Shown piece by piece: positions 54,804 through 62,709 of a DNA stretch of 64,000 nucleotides. Made by a program: the position numbers and the translations under genes. The number at the start of each line of letters is the position of its first letter. The first letter of the stretch is position 1. The notes under the pieces are model-generated. The model saw only the letters and a list, made by a program, of their open reading frames with translations, was not told the DNA's origin and made no database searches. The stretch comes from a virus. Its lineage: Duplodnaviria > Caudoviricetes. Location of the stretch: the IMG/VR virus record IMGVR_UViG_3300030330_005139; one strand, 5' to 3'.

Positions 54804-55006
54804 AAAATCTCTCAGATCGCACAATTTCTAACCTGGCAACTGCAGTCCATGAGTCTGTCGTCAAACAGATCTACAGTGATCCTAAATTCCTGACAGACTT
54901 GTCTGAAGCCCTTGGCAGATCCCTCACCGAGCTTTATGGTGAGATGGACGAACAACTAAGGTCAGATATTGGAATGTTAATTTTCGACAGGATGACAATC
55001 AAATGA
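54800..55006 (+). CDS. Hypothetical protein
   Basis: ATGA overlap; resembles 58691-58909 (IYSDPKF vs IYTDDRF). Confidence 0.6.
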   Translation: MKNLSDRTISNLATAVHESVVKQIYSDPKFLTDLSEALGRSLTELYGEMDEQLRSDIGMLIFDRMTIK

Positions 55007-55215
55007 GCAAATGGATTGTTCAGAAACCCTCCATTCTTGACCCAAAACAAATCTCTCACGGGTTTGTCATCAATGATGGAGAATATGCAGCAGTCCCAAT
55101 GAGTAACAGCGACGCACAACTGATGGTCATCCATAACGGATCACCACTCAAAGTTTGTCGTAACGAATCATCAGCTTTCAACTTTATCAAGAAACACCAA
55201 AAACGAAGAAAATGA
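55003..55215 (+). CDS. Hypothetical protein
   Basis: YAAVP...IHNG...CRN. Confidence 0.65.
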   Translation: MSKWIVQKPSILDPKQISHGFVINDGEYAAVPMSNSDAQLMVIHNGSPLKVCRNESSAFNFIKKHQKRRK

Positions 55216-55424
55216 AACAAACATTCAGATTCTTTTCATCCATCATCATCGGTTCTGTGGCACTTGCTGGTGTCTCTTTCATCTTTGATCAACAACGTAA
55301 CCAACAAGATTTTGTTGGTGGGCGAGTTGTTGGTTATGTTGAAGTTTCTCCTGGTGTTTGTGAATCCACCTTCATGGGAGAAGACAATGAGTTCTACATT
55401 ATTCAAGAGGAGTGCAACAAATGA
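55212..55424 (+). CDS. Hypothetical membrane-anchored protein
   Basis: TM N-terminus; VGYVEVSPGVC. Confidence 0.6.
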   Translation: MKQTFRFFSSIIIGSVALAGVSFIFDQQRNQQDFVGGRVVGYVEVSPGVCESTFMGEDNEFYIIQEECNK

Positions 55425-55606
55425 TCAACACTGATCTTCTCGCAGTCATCGAAAGTCTGGAAGATGGTGTGAATGTCTCATATGAGGCACTTGATGATCC
55501 TGATCGGGGTTATACTTACGCCACTAGATATTCACGAGTCACGATGACTCACGCCATTGAATGTCTCAAACTCATCATTGAACAAAACCAAAAAGAAAAT
55601 GATTGA
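55421..55606 (+). CDS. Hypothetical protein
   Basis: ATGA overlap. Confidence 0.6.
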   Translation: MINTDLLAVIESLEDGVNVSYEALDDPDRGYTYATRYSRVTMTHAIECLKLIIEQNQKEND

Positions 55607-55769
55607 CACTGATCTTCTCATCGCTTACGAAGAAGGAACCATTGAAAAAGATCAGTTCCTTGAATTGTTCCAACAAATTTATGACTCTAGGGCATATACC
55701 TGGCTTCAAGGTCATTATGGTCGCACACTTTCTGACCTGGCACAAGCTGGTCTGATAAATCTCAAGTGA
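55599..55769 (+). CDS. Hypothetical protein
   Basis: AYEEG...WLQGHYGR. Confidence 0.65.
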   Translation: MIDTDLLIAYEEGTIEKDQFLELFQQIYDSRAYTWLQGHYGRTLSDLAQAGLINLK

Positions 55770-55820
55770 TTATTGTTAGTTACCCCTAAAGCTCCCCTTT
55801 AGTGTAACCACTGATTTACT

Positions 55821-56009
55821 ATGACACTCACTGAAAGAAACCAAAAACTCTTCGAACTTCGTCAGAAACTCAACAAAGCCCGTGCAGAAGTTGCATGGAT
55901 TGAGCAAGAGATCTGGCTCACCAAAGATCAATATGATCGTGAGGGTCTTGACCTCTTCAAAGAAATGGGTCTCGATAGTCCCATGTTCTACGAAATTTAC
56001 GGAGGTTGA
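55821..56009 (+). CDS. Hypothetical protein
   Basis: After repeat 4. Confidence 0.6.
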   Translation: MTLTERNQKLFELRQKLNKARAEVAWIEQEIWLTKDQYDREGLDLFKEMGLDSPMFYEIYGG

Positions 56010-56013
56010 TGAC

Positions 56014-56181
56014 ATGATCACATCTAAGACACAAATGCTCAAGATCATGAAAACCTGTGCTCATGCAGATACTCTCACCCGAGAAGAAAAGTTTCTTGTC
56101 TTCTGTAGAGTATGTGACAACATGCTCAAAGAGGGCAGAATGACCAAGGCAACACATAAACGGTTCACTCAGATTTGGTGA
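56014..56181 (+). CDS. Hypothetical protein
   Basis: MITSKTQ...DNMLKEGRMT. Confidence 0.6.
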   Translation: MITSKTQMLKIMKTCAHADTLTREEKFLVFCRVCDNMLKEGRMTKATHKRFTQIW

Positions 56182-56235
56182 CATTATTGTTAGTTACCCC
56201 TAAAGCTCCCCTTTAGTGTAACCACGTTTTCCATT

Positions 56236-56583
56236 ATGACTTTCGTAGCTCCACAACACAAATCAGAATATCTCACTGAGTGTCTCATTGAGGTTCTCAA
56301 CAACCGTGAGAAAGTGAACGCTCTTGAGTCTTCACGAACCGTTTACACTAACTTCGAGTATGAAGTTGGTCGTAAGTACATCAAAGTCTGGTCTTATCTG
56401 GTCGATGGTGATGAACGTCTCCGTGGTCGTTCCTGTTACATGTTCGTGGACAAAGAGACTGGAGCGGTTTACAAACCAGCCTCTTATAAGGCACCCGCTA
56501 AGGGCATTCGGTTCCAGATTGATCAGTTGGCTGATAACCCTGACATCTGTGATCCTTATGGGAGTTTCCTTTACATCCGATGA
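56236..56583 (+). CDS. Conserved phage hypothetical protein
   Basis: GRKYIKV, FVDKETG.VYKPASYKAPAKG. Confidence 0.7.
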   Translation: MTFVAPQHKSEYLTECLIEVLNNREKVNALESSRTVYTNFEYEVGRKYIKVWSYLVDGDERLRGRSCYMFVDKETGAVYKPASYKAPAKGIRFQIDQLADNPDICDPYGSFLYIR

Positions 56584-56587
56584 GAAT

Positions 56588-56615
56588 GAGAGAGGTTTAC
56601 AACCTCTCTTTTTTT
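56588..56615 (+). terminator. Intrinsic terminator
   Basis: AGAGAGGTT-tac-AACCTCTCT then T-run. Confidence 0.8.
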
Positions 56616-56713
56616 ATGTTAAAATCCTTTTGTCTCAATGAAGGCGCTAAGAATCTAGAGTACATTGTTAGTAACCTCTAAAGCTCTCCTGTAGTGTAAC
56701 TTACTTGGTTTTT

Positions 56714-56908
56714 ATGACCAGTTCTGATCTTCGTCCTAATGTTGTGATGGAAATGGATGATTATTCATCCACCTTTGAACTCCTAACCCTTGACTTTAAG
56801 GCACGAGTAAAGATTCACAACTATGAAGTAAAGAAACTCGGTGAGGACATCAGAGCACTTTTCAACTTCGTTTCTGATAAGATGTTCTTCAAACTCATCG
56901 ACATGTGA
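56714..56908 (+). CDS. Hypothetical protein
   Basis: After repeat 6. Confidence 0.55.
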   Translation: MTSSDLRPNVVMEMDDYSSTFELLTLDFKARVKIHNYEVKKLGEDIRALFNFVSDKMFFKLIDM

Positions 56909-56913
56909 TGAAC

Positions 56914-56939
56914 GAGAGAGGAGTAATCCTCTCTTTTTT
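56914..56939 (+). terminator. Intrinsic terminator
   Basis: AGAGAGGA-gtaa-TCCTCTCT then T-run, abutting repeat 7. Confidence 0.8.
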
Positions 56940-56990
56940 ATTGTTAGTTACCTCCAAAGCTCACCCTTAGTGTAATCACTCATTCAAACC

Positions 56991-57170
56991 ATGATTCACT
57001 ATCTCGTTAAGTGTCCCTCTGATCCTTATGAGAACACCGATTGTTTAAGTGATCTCGACAGGGCTTGGGATCTCTGTCTCTCACTCGCTGAAGAGTATGG
57101 ATACGCCGAAGTTGGTTACTATAACATCCAAGGACATTACCAACTCGTCGGTGATTATTGTTTCAACTGA
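56991..57170 (+). CDS. Hypothetical protein (59 aa)
   Basis: Translated by hand: MIHYLVKCPSDPYEN...AWDLC...YGYAEV. Confidence 0.6.
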   Translation: MIHYLVKCPSDPYENTDCLSDLDRAWDLCLSLAEEYGYAEVGYYNIQGHYQLVGDYCFN

Positions 57171-57172
57171 TT

Positions 57173-57325
57173 ATGAATAATAATACCACTAACTCTGTCA
57201 TTTCTCTTGTTACCTATCTTCAGGAACTGGAAGAGAACAACAAAATCAATGAGAGTGAGTACAAAAGAGCGTTGAAACTTGTAAACAATATTGTTAGTAA
57301 CCTCCAAAACTCTCCTTTAGTATAA
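57173..57325 (+). CDS. Hypothetical protein (50 aa), reads through repeat 8
   Basis: Translated by hand; ends VSNLQNSPLV. Confidence 0.4.
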   Translation: MNNNTTNSVISLVTYLQELEENNKINESEYKRALKLVNNIVSNLQNSPLV

Positions 57326-57339
57326 CCCACTCAATCATT

Positions 57340-57474
57340 ATGACACCTGAAGAATTTGAAGAAAATGTCAGAATCATCACGGGAGATCCTAACTGGTCCC
57401 TCCCTGATGATGAAGACAATAATGTTAGTAACCCCCAAAGCTCTCCTTTAGTACAACCCACTCAACCATTATGA
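57340..57474 (+). CDS. Hypothetical protein (44 aa), reads through repeat 9
   Basis: Translated by hand: MTPEEFEENVR...VSNPQSSPLVQPTQPL. Confidence 0.4.
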   Translation: MTPEEFEENVRIITGDPNWSLPDDEDNNVSNPQSSPLVQPTQPL

Positions 57475-57659
57475 AAACTAAGAATCCTCGTCTTGTCTTT
57501 GGTGATGATGAATTCACCTTCTTCCGTGTTAAACTCCTTGAAGAGGTAAAAGCTCAGAAGAGGTTGTTCAACCCAACTCAAGCAAAGAAAGAACAGAAGA
57601 AGGCAGACGATTGTCTTCGTTATCTGATGAACCATCAACCACACCAACTGGAATTCTGA
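57471..57659 (+). CDS. Hypothetical protein
   Basis: After repeat 9. Confidence 0.6.
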   Translation: MKTKNPRLVFGDDEFTFFRVKLLEEVKAQKRLFNPTQAKKEQKKADDCLRYLMNHQPHQLEF

Positions 57660-57808
57660 TGAACACTTTACAAGTCGAACAATTACAGGAAGACATCATC
57701 ACAATCATGGAATCTCATTTTCCTAATGAGAACGTAGATGAGGTGATTGAACTTCTATGTGACGCTGTTAACCAAAACATTTCACCCACACTTTCTGATC
57801 ATGACTAA
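57659..57808 (+). CDS. Hypothetical protein
   Basis: EQLQEDII...LCDAV. Confidence 0.55.
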   Translation: MNTLQVEQLQEDIITIMESHFPNENVDEVIELLCDAVNQNISPTLSDHD

Positions 57809-58091
57809 AACTGAAGCACTCGCCATCTTCAAGCGAGCAGGATACACTTTCATTGGATACAAGGACACTGGCTGGGGTTGTAAGCAGTACTACTTCACTC
57901 ACCCCAACATTCAAGGAACTGAGGTTTCTTATGATCTGCCACTGTTGAGAAAGAGAGCAAGACATCTCGACATCAAGATGTGGCATGATGAGTATAAGGA
58001 ACAGCTGAGACAGGGCATTCAGGAGACTCTCTTCACTGACACGGAGATTGAGTGTAATTACTTCATCGAGAACCCTGTTGTAGTCGCCTAA
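57801..58091 (+). CDS. Hypothetical protein
   Basis: MTKTEAL...; stop abuts repeat 10. Confidence 0.6.
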   Translation: MTKTEALAIFKRAGYTFIGYKDTGWGCKQYYFTHPNIQGTEVSYDLPLLRKRARHLDIKMWHDEYKEQLRQGIQETLFTDTEIECNYFIENPVVVA

Positions 58092-58148
58092 TATTGTTAG
58101 TTACCTCCAAAGCTCCCCTTTAGTGTAACCACTCATTCAACTCAAATC

Positions 58149-58631
58149 ATGGCAACTCGTGGACGAATTGGAATCAAACTTTCTGATGGTTCCATCCTCT
58201 CAGCTTATCATCACTGGGACTCCTATCCTCAGTGGCTCGGTGTTAACCTGGTGAAGAACTTCAATTCTTTTCAGAAAGCAGCTGAACTCATCGATGGTGG
58301 TGACATGTCAGCATGTTACACTACTCATACTTGGGAGTCTGAACCTCTCAAACGAGAGATCATTCAACCTGATGGATCTTCTAAGTTCGAGTACATCAAA
58401 GACAATGAAGGCAACTGGGTTTACACCAAAGTGAAGCCAGAAGCTGGTCCTCAGTATTACTCTGAGCGTGGTGAGGATTGTCCTCCCCGTCTCGATCCTG
58501 ACCTTTTCGAGTATCTCTCCAAAGGCGAAGAATTCGCATACGTTTTTGAAGGTGGAACCTGGATATGTTATGATCTACATGAGTTCGATAGTGAGGAACC
58601 TGAAATTGTTGAAATCCCTCAGGTTCTCTGA
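58149..58631 (+). CDS. Conserved phage hypothetical protein
   Basis: MATRGRIG...YHHWDSYP...EEFAYVF. Confidence 0.7.
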   Translation: MATRGRIGIKLSDGSILSAYHHWDSYPQWLGVNLVKNFNSFQKAAELIDGGDMSACYTTHTWESEPLKREIIQPDGSSKFEYIKDNEGNWVYTKVKPEAGPQYYSERGEDCPPRLDPDLFEYLSKGEEFAYVFEGGTWICYDLHEFDSEEPEIVEIPQVL

Positions 58632-58690
58632 TTATTGTTTGTAACCTCTAAAGATCCCCTTTAGTGTAATCAACCATTTTCTCTAAACTG

Positions 58691-58909
58691 ATGACCAACC
58701 CTTCACAAACCCATAAAGCTCTTCAACTCCTTCGTGATGGGTTCATGATTGAGTTGACTGAAAAGATCTACACCGATGATCGATTCACAAATCTCATGAT
58801 GGATCTCACCTCTGAGTTTGTTGAGCAAAACATTCCCGTTGTTGATGAAGATCTCCAAGTGGATCTGGCACTGATGATGATGGAATCGATCTCGCTTCGT
58901 TCTTATTGA
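58691..58909 (+). CDS. Hypothetical protein
   Basis: After repeat 11. Confidence 0.6.
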   Translation: MTNPSQTHKALQLLRDGFMIELTEKIYTDDRFTNLMMDLTSEFVEQNIPVVDEDLQVDLALMMMESISLRSY

Positions 58910-58916
58910 TTTAAGT

Positions 58917-59435
58917 GTGACCGTGAAAACCAACCAAGAATTTATTTCCCTTGTAGAAGAGAGAACTCAATCAATTCTTTCCACCAAAGGTGATGTTGGG
59001 CGTCAGGCAATCGCAACGACTCGCGGTCAACAGGTGGAGAAAGCAGCAGCAATCTTATTATCGGATCACCCCAACGTTGAGAGTGTGGTTGAACAAGTCT
59101 TTGAAGAGGAAGTAGACGAGTTCTCCAACATTGACCTGGTTGTTACCACTAAAGACGGTCGAACAGTTTATGTACCCTGTGCTCGTGATCTTTGGTTGGG
59201 GACATCACAACAAGATCGCCTTCAGATTGTATGGGCAAAGTTTAAGGGTGGACTGTTTAATGACCATGATGTCTGTTATCTCTGCCTGGATGATATTAAC
59301 ACAATCTTGAACAAAGAGCACCGCAAGAGTGCCAGACGGGGACCAAAGATCAAAAACTGCTGTCGTGTTCTATTTGAAGCTGGAGTGATAATGAACTTCG
59401 AACACCTTTGGAATCACCTTCTCACCACTGATTGA
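58917..59435 (+). CDS. Hypothetical protein, possible degenerate restriction-endonuclease fold
   Basis: G..VE helix and IDLVV strand, no canonical ExK. Confidence 0.4.
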   Translation: MTVKTNQEFISLVEERTQSILSTKGDVGRQAIATTRGQQVEKAAAILLSDHPNVESVVEQVFEEEVDEFSNIDLVVTTKDGRTVYVPCARDLWLGTSQQDRLQIVWAKFKGGLFNDHDVCYLCLDDINTILNKEHRKSARRGPKIKNCCRVLFEAGVIMNFEHLWNHLLTTD

Positions 59436-59481
59436 TGGTGATTATTGTTTGTAACCTCCAAAGCTCCCCCTTAGTGTAACC

Positions 59482-59688
59482 ATGTTTTTCATTATGGCAT
59501 TTCTCGACTGGATTCAAGAAGCAATCGGTTCTAAAGTTGAAGACGAATTTGGCATGGTTCATGTCATCACAGGTGGCAAACTTGTGGCTGACTCTCCCAT
59601 GTGGCCGATGATTCAACTGACTGATGACATGGGTGTTCTACGATATGTCACTCTTGATCGTTTCATGGAACTCGTTTCTGTTGGGTGA
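59482..59688 (+). CDS. Hypothetical protein
   Basis: Between repeats 12 and 13. Confidence 0.6.
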   Translation: MFFIMAFLDWIQEAIGSKVEDEFGMVHVITGGKLVADSPMWPMIQLTDDMGVLRYVTLDRFMELVSVG

Positions 59689-59803
59689 TATTGTTTGTTA
59701 CCTCCAAAGCTCTTCATTAGTGTAACCAGGACTTCTTCTCTAAGGTTGTTTCTCTGAAAAGACTTCTTCCTTAGAGTTGTTTCTCCTCTTAAACAAAAAC
59801 ATC

Positions 59804-60010
59804 ATGGTCTATCTCATCTCTCAATCCAACGGTTGCACATACACTCTCGACCCCGATCATTCCCGAGTTCTGTATTACGCACCTTTGTTGTCCGATGGTA
59901 CTTGTGAAACCGCATTCTCAGCTTACGCTGAAGTCGAATGGGACGAATTGGATGAAGATGTTCTTAACGAAGCAGATCGTTGTTATCACCTTCTGATGTC
60001 TGATCGTTGA
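59804..60010 (+). CDS. Hypothetical protein
   Basis: Between repeats 13 and 14. Confidence 0.6.
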   Translation: MVYLISQSNGCTYTLDPDHSRVLYYAPLLSDGTCETAFSAYAEVEWDELDEDVLNEADRCYHLLMSDR

Positions 60011-60064
60011 GGATTATTGTTTGTTACCTCCAAAGCTCTTCATTAGTGTAACCACATCAACCTC

Positions 60065-60208
60065 ATGAAACTCGTTCTTTTCGTCATCGTTGGAATTCTG
60101 TTCTGGACGAGTGATGACGCACGAAACTTTACCGCTAATCAACTCAATAACGCAGCTGAAATCGTCCGACCTGATACTAACAAGAACTCCTTCACAATCA
60201 AATTCTGA
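60065..60208 (+). CDS. Small membrane protein (47 aa)
   Basis: Translated by hand: MKLVLFVIVGILFWTSDDARNFTA; fills repeat 14-15 interval. Confidence 0.6.
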   Translation: MKLVLFVIVGILFWTSDDARNFTANQLNNAAEIVRPDTNKNSFTIKF

Positions 60209-60264
60209 TTATTGTTTGTTACCACCAAAGCTCCCCTTTAGTGTAACCACTCATTCAACCAATC

Positions 60265-60501
60265 ATGACTAACACCACTTACAACGGCTGGGCCAATTAC
60301 GAGACCTGGAATGTCGCTCTCTGGCTTGGAAATGACGAATCGATGTATCAAATGGCTCGGATGTTCCGCCATCATGGTTATAAGTCACTTTCACACATGT
60401 TGGAAGAAACTTTCGGTTCTGTGACTCCCGATGGTGTATATTGGAAGCACTCTGATCTTGACATTGAAAGTCTCAATGAAATGTTAGAGGATGATTTCTG
60501 A
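60265..60501 (+). CDS. Conserved phage hypothetical protein
   Basis: YNGWANYETWNVALWL. Confidence 0.7.
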   Translation: MTNTTYNGWANYETWNVALWLGNDESMYQMARMFRHHGYKSLSHMLEETFGSVTPDGVYWKHSDLDIESLNEMLEDDF

Positions 60502-60503
60502 TT

Positions 60504-60791
60504 ATGTCATCAATTTATCAACTCCGCGGATCCACTTTGGATCCTTTTCTTTCTGCTAAACTTGCACCTTTCATTCACGCACATCGTCCACATGATAAAC
60601 CTCCCGCTAAAGAAGATTTGGATAAAGGTGATTACATCCCCAAAGAATCGCCATTGTCTAAAGATAACATCATCGACACTTATAAGGCAATTAAGTATCA
60701 CCAAGACCTTGAATGGTTAAAGAGAAAGAGAGAGTATAATAGTAAGTGGAAAGGATACAGATCTCATTTTGCGTTAGGTATCTCCGAATGA
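60504..60791 (+). CDS. Hypothetical protein
   Basis: 95-aa ORF. Confidence 0.5.
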   Translation: MSSIYQLRGSTLDPFLSAKLAPFIHAHRPHDKPPAKEDLDKGDYIPKESPLSKDNIIDTYKAIKYHQDLEWLKRKREYNSKWKGYRSHFALGISE

Positions 60792-61249
60792 AAGAATTTG
60801 ATTATGAACTTGATTACAAACGTCTTGACTTTACAGATGAAGAAACTCGTCAACTTTATCGTATTGGAAGGGGAGAACAAGGGGTTTTATTGGTACGCCC
60901 TTACACAGACGATATTTGTGCTCATTGGAAATTTAAAACCCCTCGTTTAGCATCATTATCATCACAAAAGATTCTAAAGATGTATGAAGATTATAAGGAG
61001 AATAAGGACTTTATTGGTATGGATATGTGTCGTAAGTTTTTAGAGATGGGTTTCACAAGAGCAAGAAGATATGCCAATCATAAGGATGGAAAGAAGTATA
61101 ATTCTCAGGGGGAGGTGTTACCTCAGGAGAAGGATTGGAGAACATCACCTAAGGCACAATCTGCTGTCATTTTTAAGAAGATAAGGGACCAAGTTGCTTA
61201 TGATCCTGTTTATAAGGAGATGAGAAGGTTATGGAGGGATAATGAGTAA
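60788..61249 (+). CDS. DUF4385-like protein
   Basis: YRIGRGEQGVL..PY, GMDMCRKFLEMGFTRARRYANHK. Confidence 0.75.
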   Translation: MKEFDYELDYKRLDFTDEETRQLYRIGRGEQGVLLVRPYTDDICAHWKFKTPRLASLSSQKILKMYEDYKENKDFIGMDMCRKFLEMGFTRARRYANHKDGKKYNSQGEVLPQEKDWRTSPKAQSAVIFKKIRDQVAYDPVYKEMRRLWRDNE

Positions 61250-61530
61250 ATGGTCCTAAAAAAAGGTCATAAATAACACTTTTTTATTAAATAAATGGTT
61301 TTTTAAATGTGTATGAGTGTTTTATTGTTTTCCACAAGTAATGTTCAATTCTGTGGAAATCGTGTGGAATAGTGTGATAAACTGTGGAAAAGTAACAGAA
61401 TAAGAGAGAGAATTATGGTCATCTTTTATCGTCCTAAATGTCTCCTGCCGTTGTGACTTATGTGTCTGGAAATGTGCCAGGTCTTGTGATCTTATTGTCA
61501 GTTTATGTCACCTGGCGTTGTGATCTTGGC
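61250..61530. other. Candidate replication origin or DnaA-binding region
   Basis: AT-rich tract, four TTTTCCACA-like boxes, three TTGTGA(T)CTT repeats. Confidence 0.45.
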
Positions 61531-61534
61531 GAGC

Positions 61535-61563
61535 ATTCTAACAGAAGGACTCAGAAATGTCAA
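61535..61563 (-). promoter_or_regulatory. Sigma70-type promoter firing leftward
   Basis: Minus strand TTGACA-17-TAGAAT with TG extension. Confidence 0.7.
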
Positions 61564-61694
61564 CCCCCCTCCGAGACACTCCCACCCCCAGATTGCAATT
61601 CCTTATGTATGACTTTCGCAACACACTTAACACAGTGGAGATATACTTGTTATAATACTTTTGTCCTCATAAAGGCACTGAGACTCAGCAGCAT

Positions 61695-62243
61695 ATGAAT
61701 ATACTTACCAAGACACTTTTAGGCACTCTGAGTCTACTCAGCACCATCACTGCCACTGTACTCTCAGGAGAACAGATTGGTAAGTATCACTTCATGACTG
61801 GTGAAGACTTTGGAGAACATGAAGCACTTGCCACACAACTGATTGATACACTGAACCAGATGAATGTGCCTGTGTTGGATGGTACTAAGAATGAACTCTC
61901 ACAGTGTACATCAAAGACGAGTAATGTTCTGGGGTACTACTCAGCAAAGCATGATGTGATGGTGATTTGTACTAAGGATGTTCCAGATTGGTTGAGGTTT
62001 GAGACATTGGTGCATGAGACAGTTCATGTCATTCAAGACGCCAGAGATGGGTTGGAGAATGACACATTAGGGCAACCTGGTAGGAGTTACATTTCTACCC
62101 TATATGGAGATCTGGCTAAGAAGAAGCGCCGCCTAATCCGTGAGTCTTATCCACAGTCTCAGTGGAATGTTGAGGTGGAGGCATTCTACTTTGAGACGAA
62201 ACCTCAGGTGGTGTTGAATGAACTGAAGACGTGGGCATTCTGA
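61695..62243 (+). CDS. Secreted HEXXH metallopeptidase-like protein
   Basis: Signal/TM segment; LVHETVHVIQD...EVEA. Confidence 0.7.
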   Translation: MNILTKTLLGTLSLLSTITATVLSGEQIGKYHFMTGEDFGEHEALATQLIDTLNQMNVPVLDGTKNELSQCTSKTSNVLGYYSAKHDVMVICTKDVPDWLRFETLVHETVHVIQDARDGLENDTLGQPGRSYISTLYGDLAKKKRRLIRESYPQSQWNVEVEAFYFETKPQVVLNELKTWAF

Positions 62244-62282
62244 TGGTGTTATTGTTAGTAACCTCGAAACCTCTTCTTTAGT

Positions 62283-62519
62283 ATGAACAACACTTCTACC
62301 ATCACTTTCCGTCAAGCACTTGTCATTCTTGAAGAACACTTTGACTCAACCTATCGTGGCATCAAAAGTGTTCGTGAAATGTGTTCAGATTTGACTGACG
62401 CGATGTATTGGGACAAGGAAGATCCCAACACAATCTATCATCAATTCGAGACTAAATTTGGTCCGAATCGTATTGTCAAAGACGATCAAATCATCAAACT
62501 TGCTCTACACTACGTTTGA
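62283..62519 (+). CDS. Hypothetical protein
   Basis: ATG embedded in the end of repeat 16. Confidence 0.6.
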   Translation: MNNTSTITFRQALVILEEHFDSTYRGIKSVREMCSDLTDAMYWDKEDPNTIYHQFETKFGPNRIVKDDQIIKLALHYV

Positions 62520-62527
62520 CCCATTGA

Positions 62528-62556
62528 TTGACAACTAAGGAAGAAACAGTTATTAT
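62528..62556 (+). promoter_or_regulatory. Sigma70-type promoter
   Basis: TTGACA-17-TATTAT. Confidence 0.75.
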
Positions 62557-62561
62557 ACATA

Positions 62562-62709
62562 TGTGAGACCAAATCCCTAAGGTCTATAAACTTAGAGGGA
62601 CACATAGAGAGTGGTTACTTTATGTGAGCTGTAAAGATTGGTGGTTCTTTCTTTATAGTCTAGTGGTTACAAAAAACAAGGGCTGGGGGTGGTTCCCCTG
62701 GTCCTTTTT
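62562..62709 (+). ncRNA. Candidate ~150-nt multi-hairpin small RNA with repeated GUGGUU
   Basis: Promoter upstream, four hairpins, terminator 62678-62709; GTGGTT at 62611, 62641, 62663, 62689. Confidence 0.65.

Larger units (their letters stand above)
52772..62287 (+). repeat. Dispersed array of 16 direct copies of a ~35-nt imperfect palindrome, consensus (TAT)TGTTWGTWACCYCYAAAGCTCYCCTTTAGTGTAAC, each ahead of a small-ORF cassette
   Basis: TGTT starts at 52772, 53618, 54558, 55774, 56188, 56666, 56942, 57292, 57423, 58095, 58636, 59446, 59692, 60018, 60213, 62253. Confidence 0.92.

Noticed and set aside
58917-59435. Dedicated nuclease or recombinase for the repeat array
   Set aside because: Only a partial PD-(D/E)XK-like pattern with no catalytic ExK; insufficient support
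60090-60272. 60-aa ORF crossing repeat 15
   Set aside because: The alternative frame 60065-60208 has an ATG right after repeat 14 and stops right before repeat 15
61438-61698. 86-aa ORF from the track
   Set aside because: Overlaps spaced repeats and two promoters; no recognisable protein features; probably non-coding
52772-62287. CRISPR array interpretation (repeat is ~34 nt, starts GTT, ends AAC, has a hairpin)
   Set aside because: Intervals are 131-2040 nt, irregular and filled with intact ORFs; copies are degenerate; no cas operon in the window
52772-62287. Classical integron attC or Xer dif sites
   Set aside because: No RYYYAAC...GTTRRRY arrangement, too short, no integrase seen; TTATTGTTAGT resembles a XerD arm only loosely and has no XerC arm
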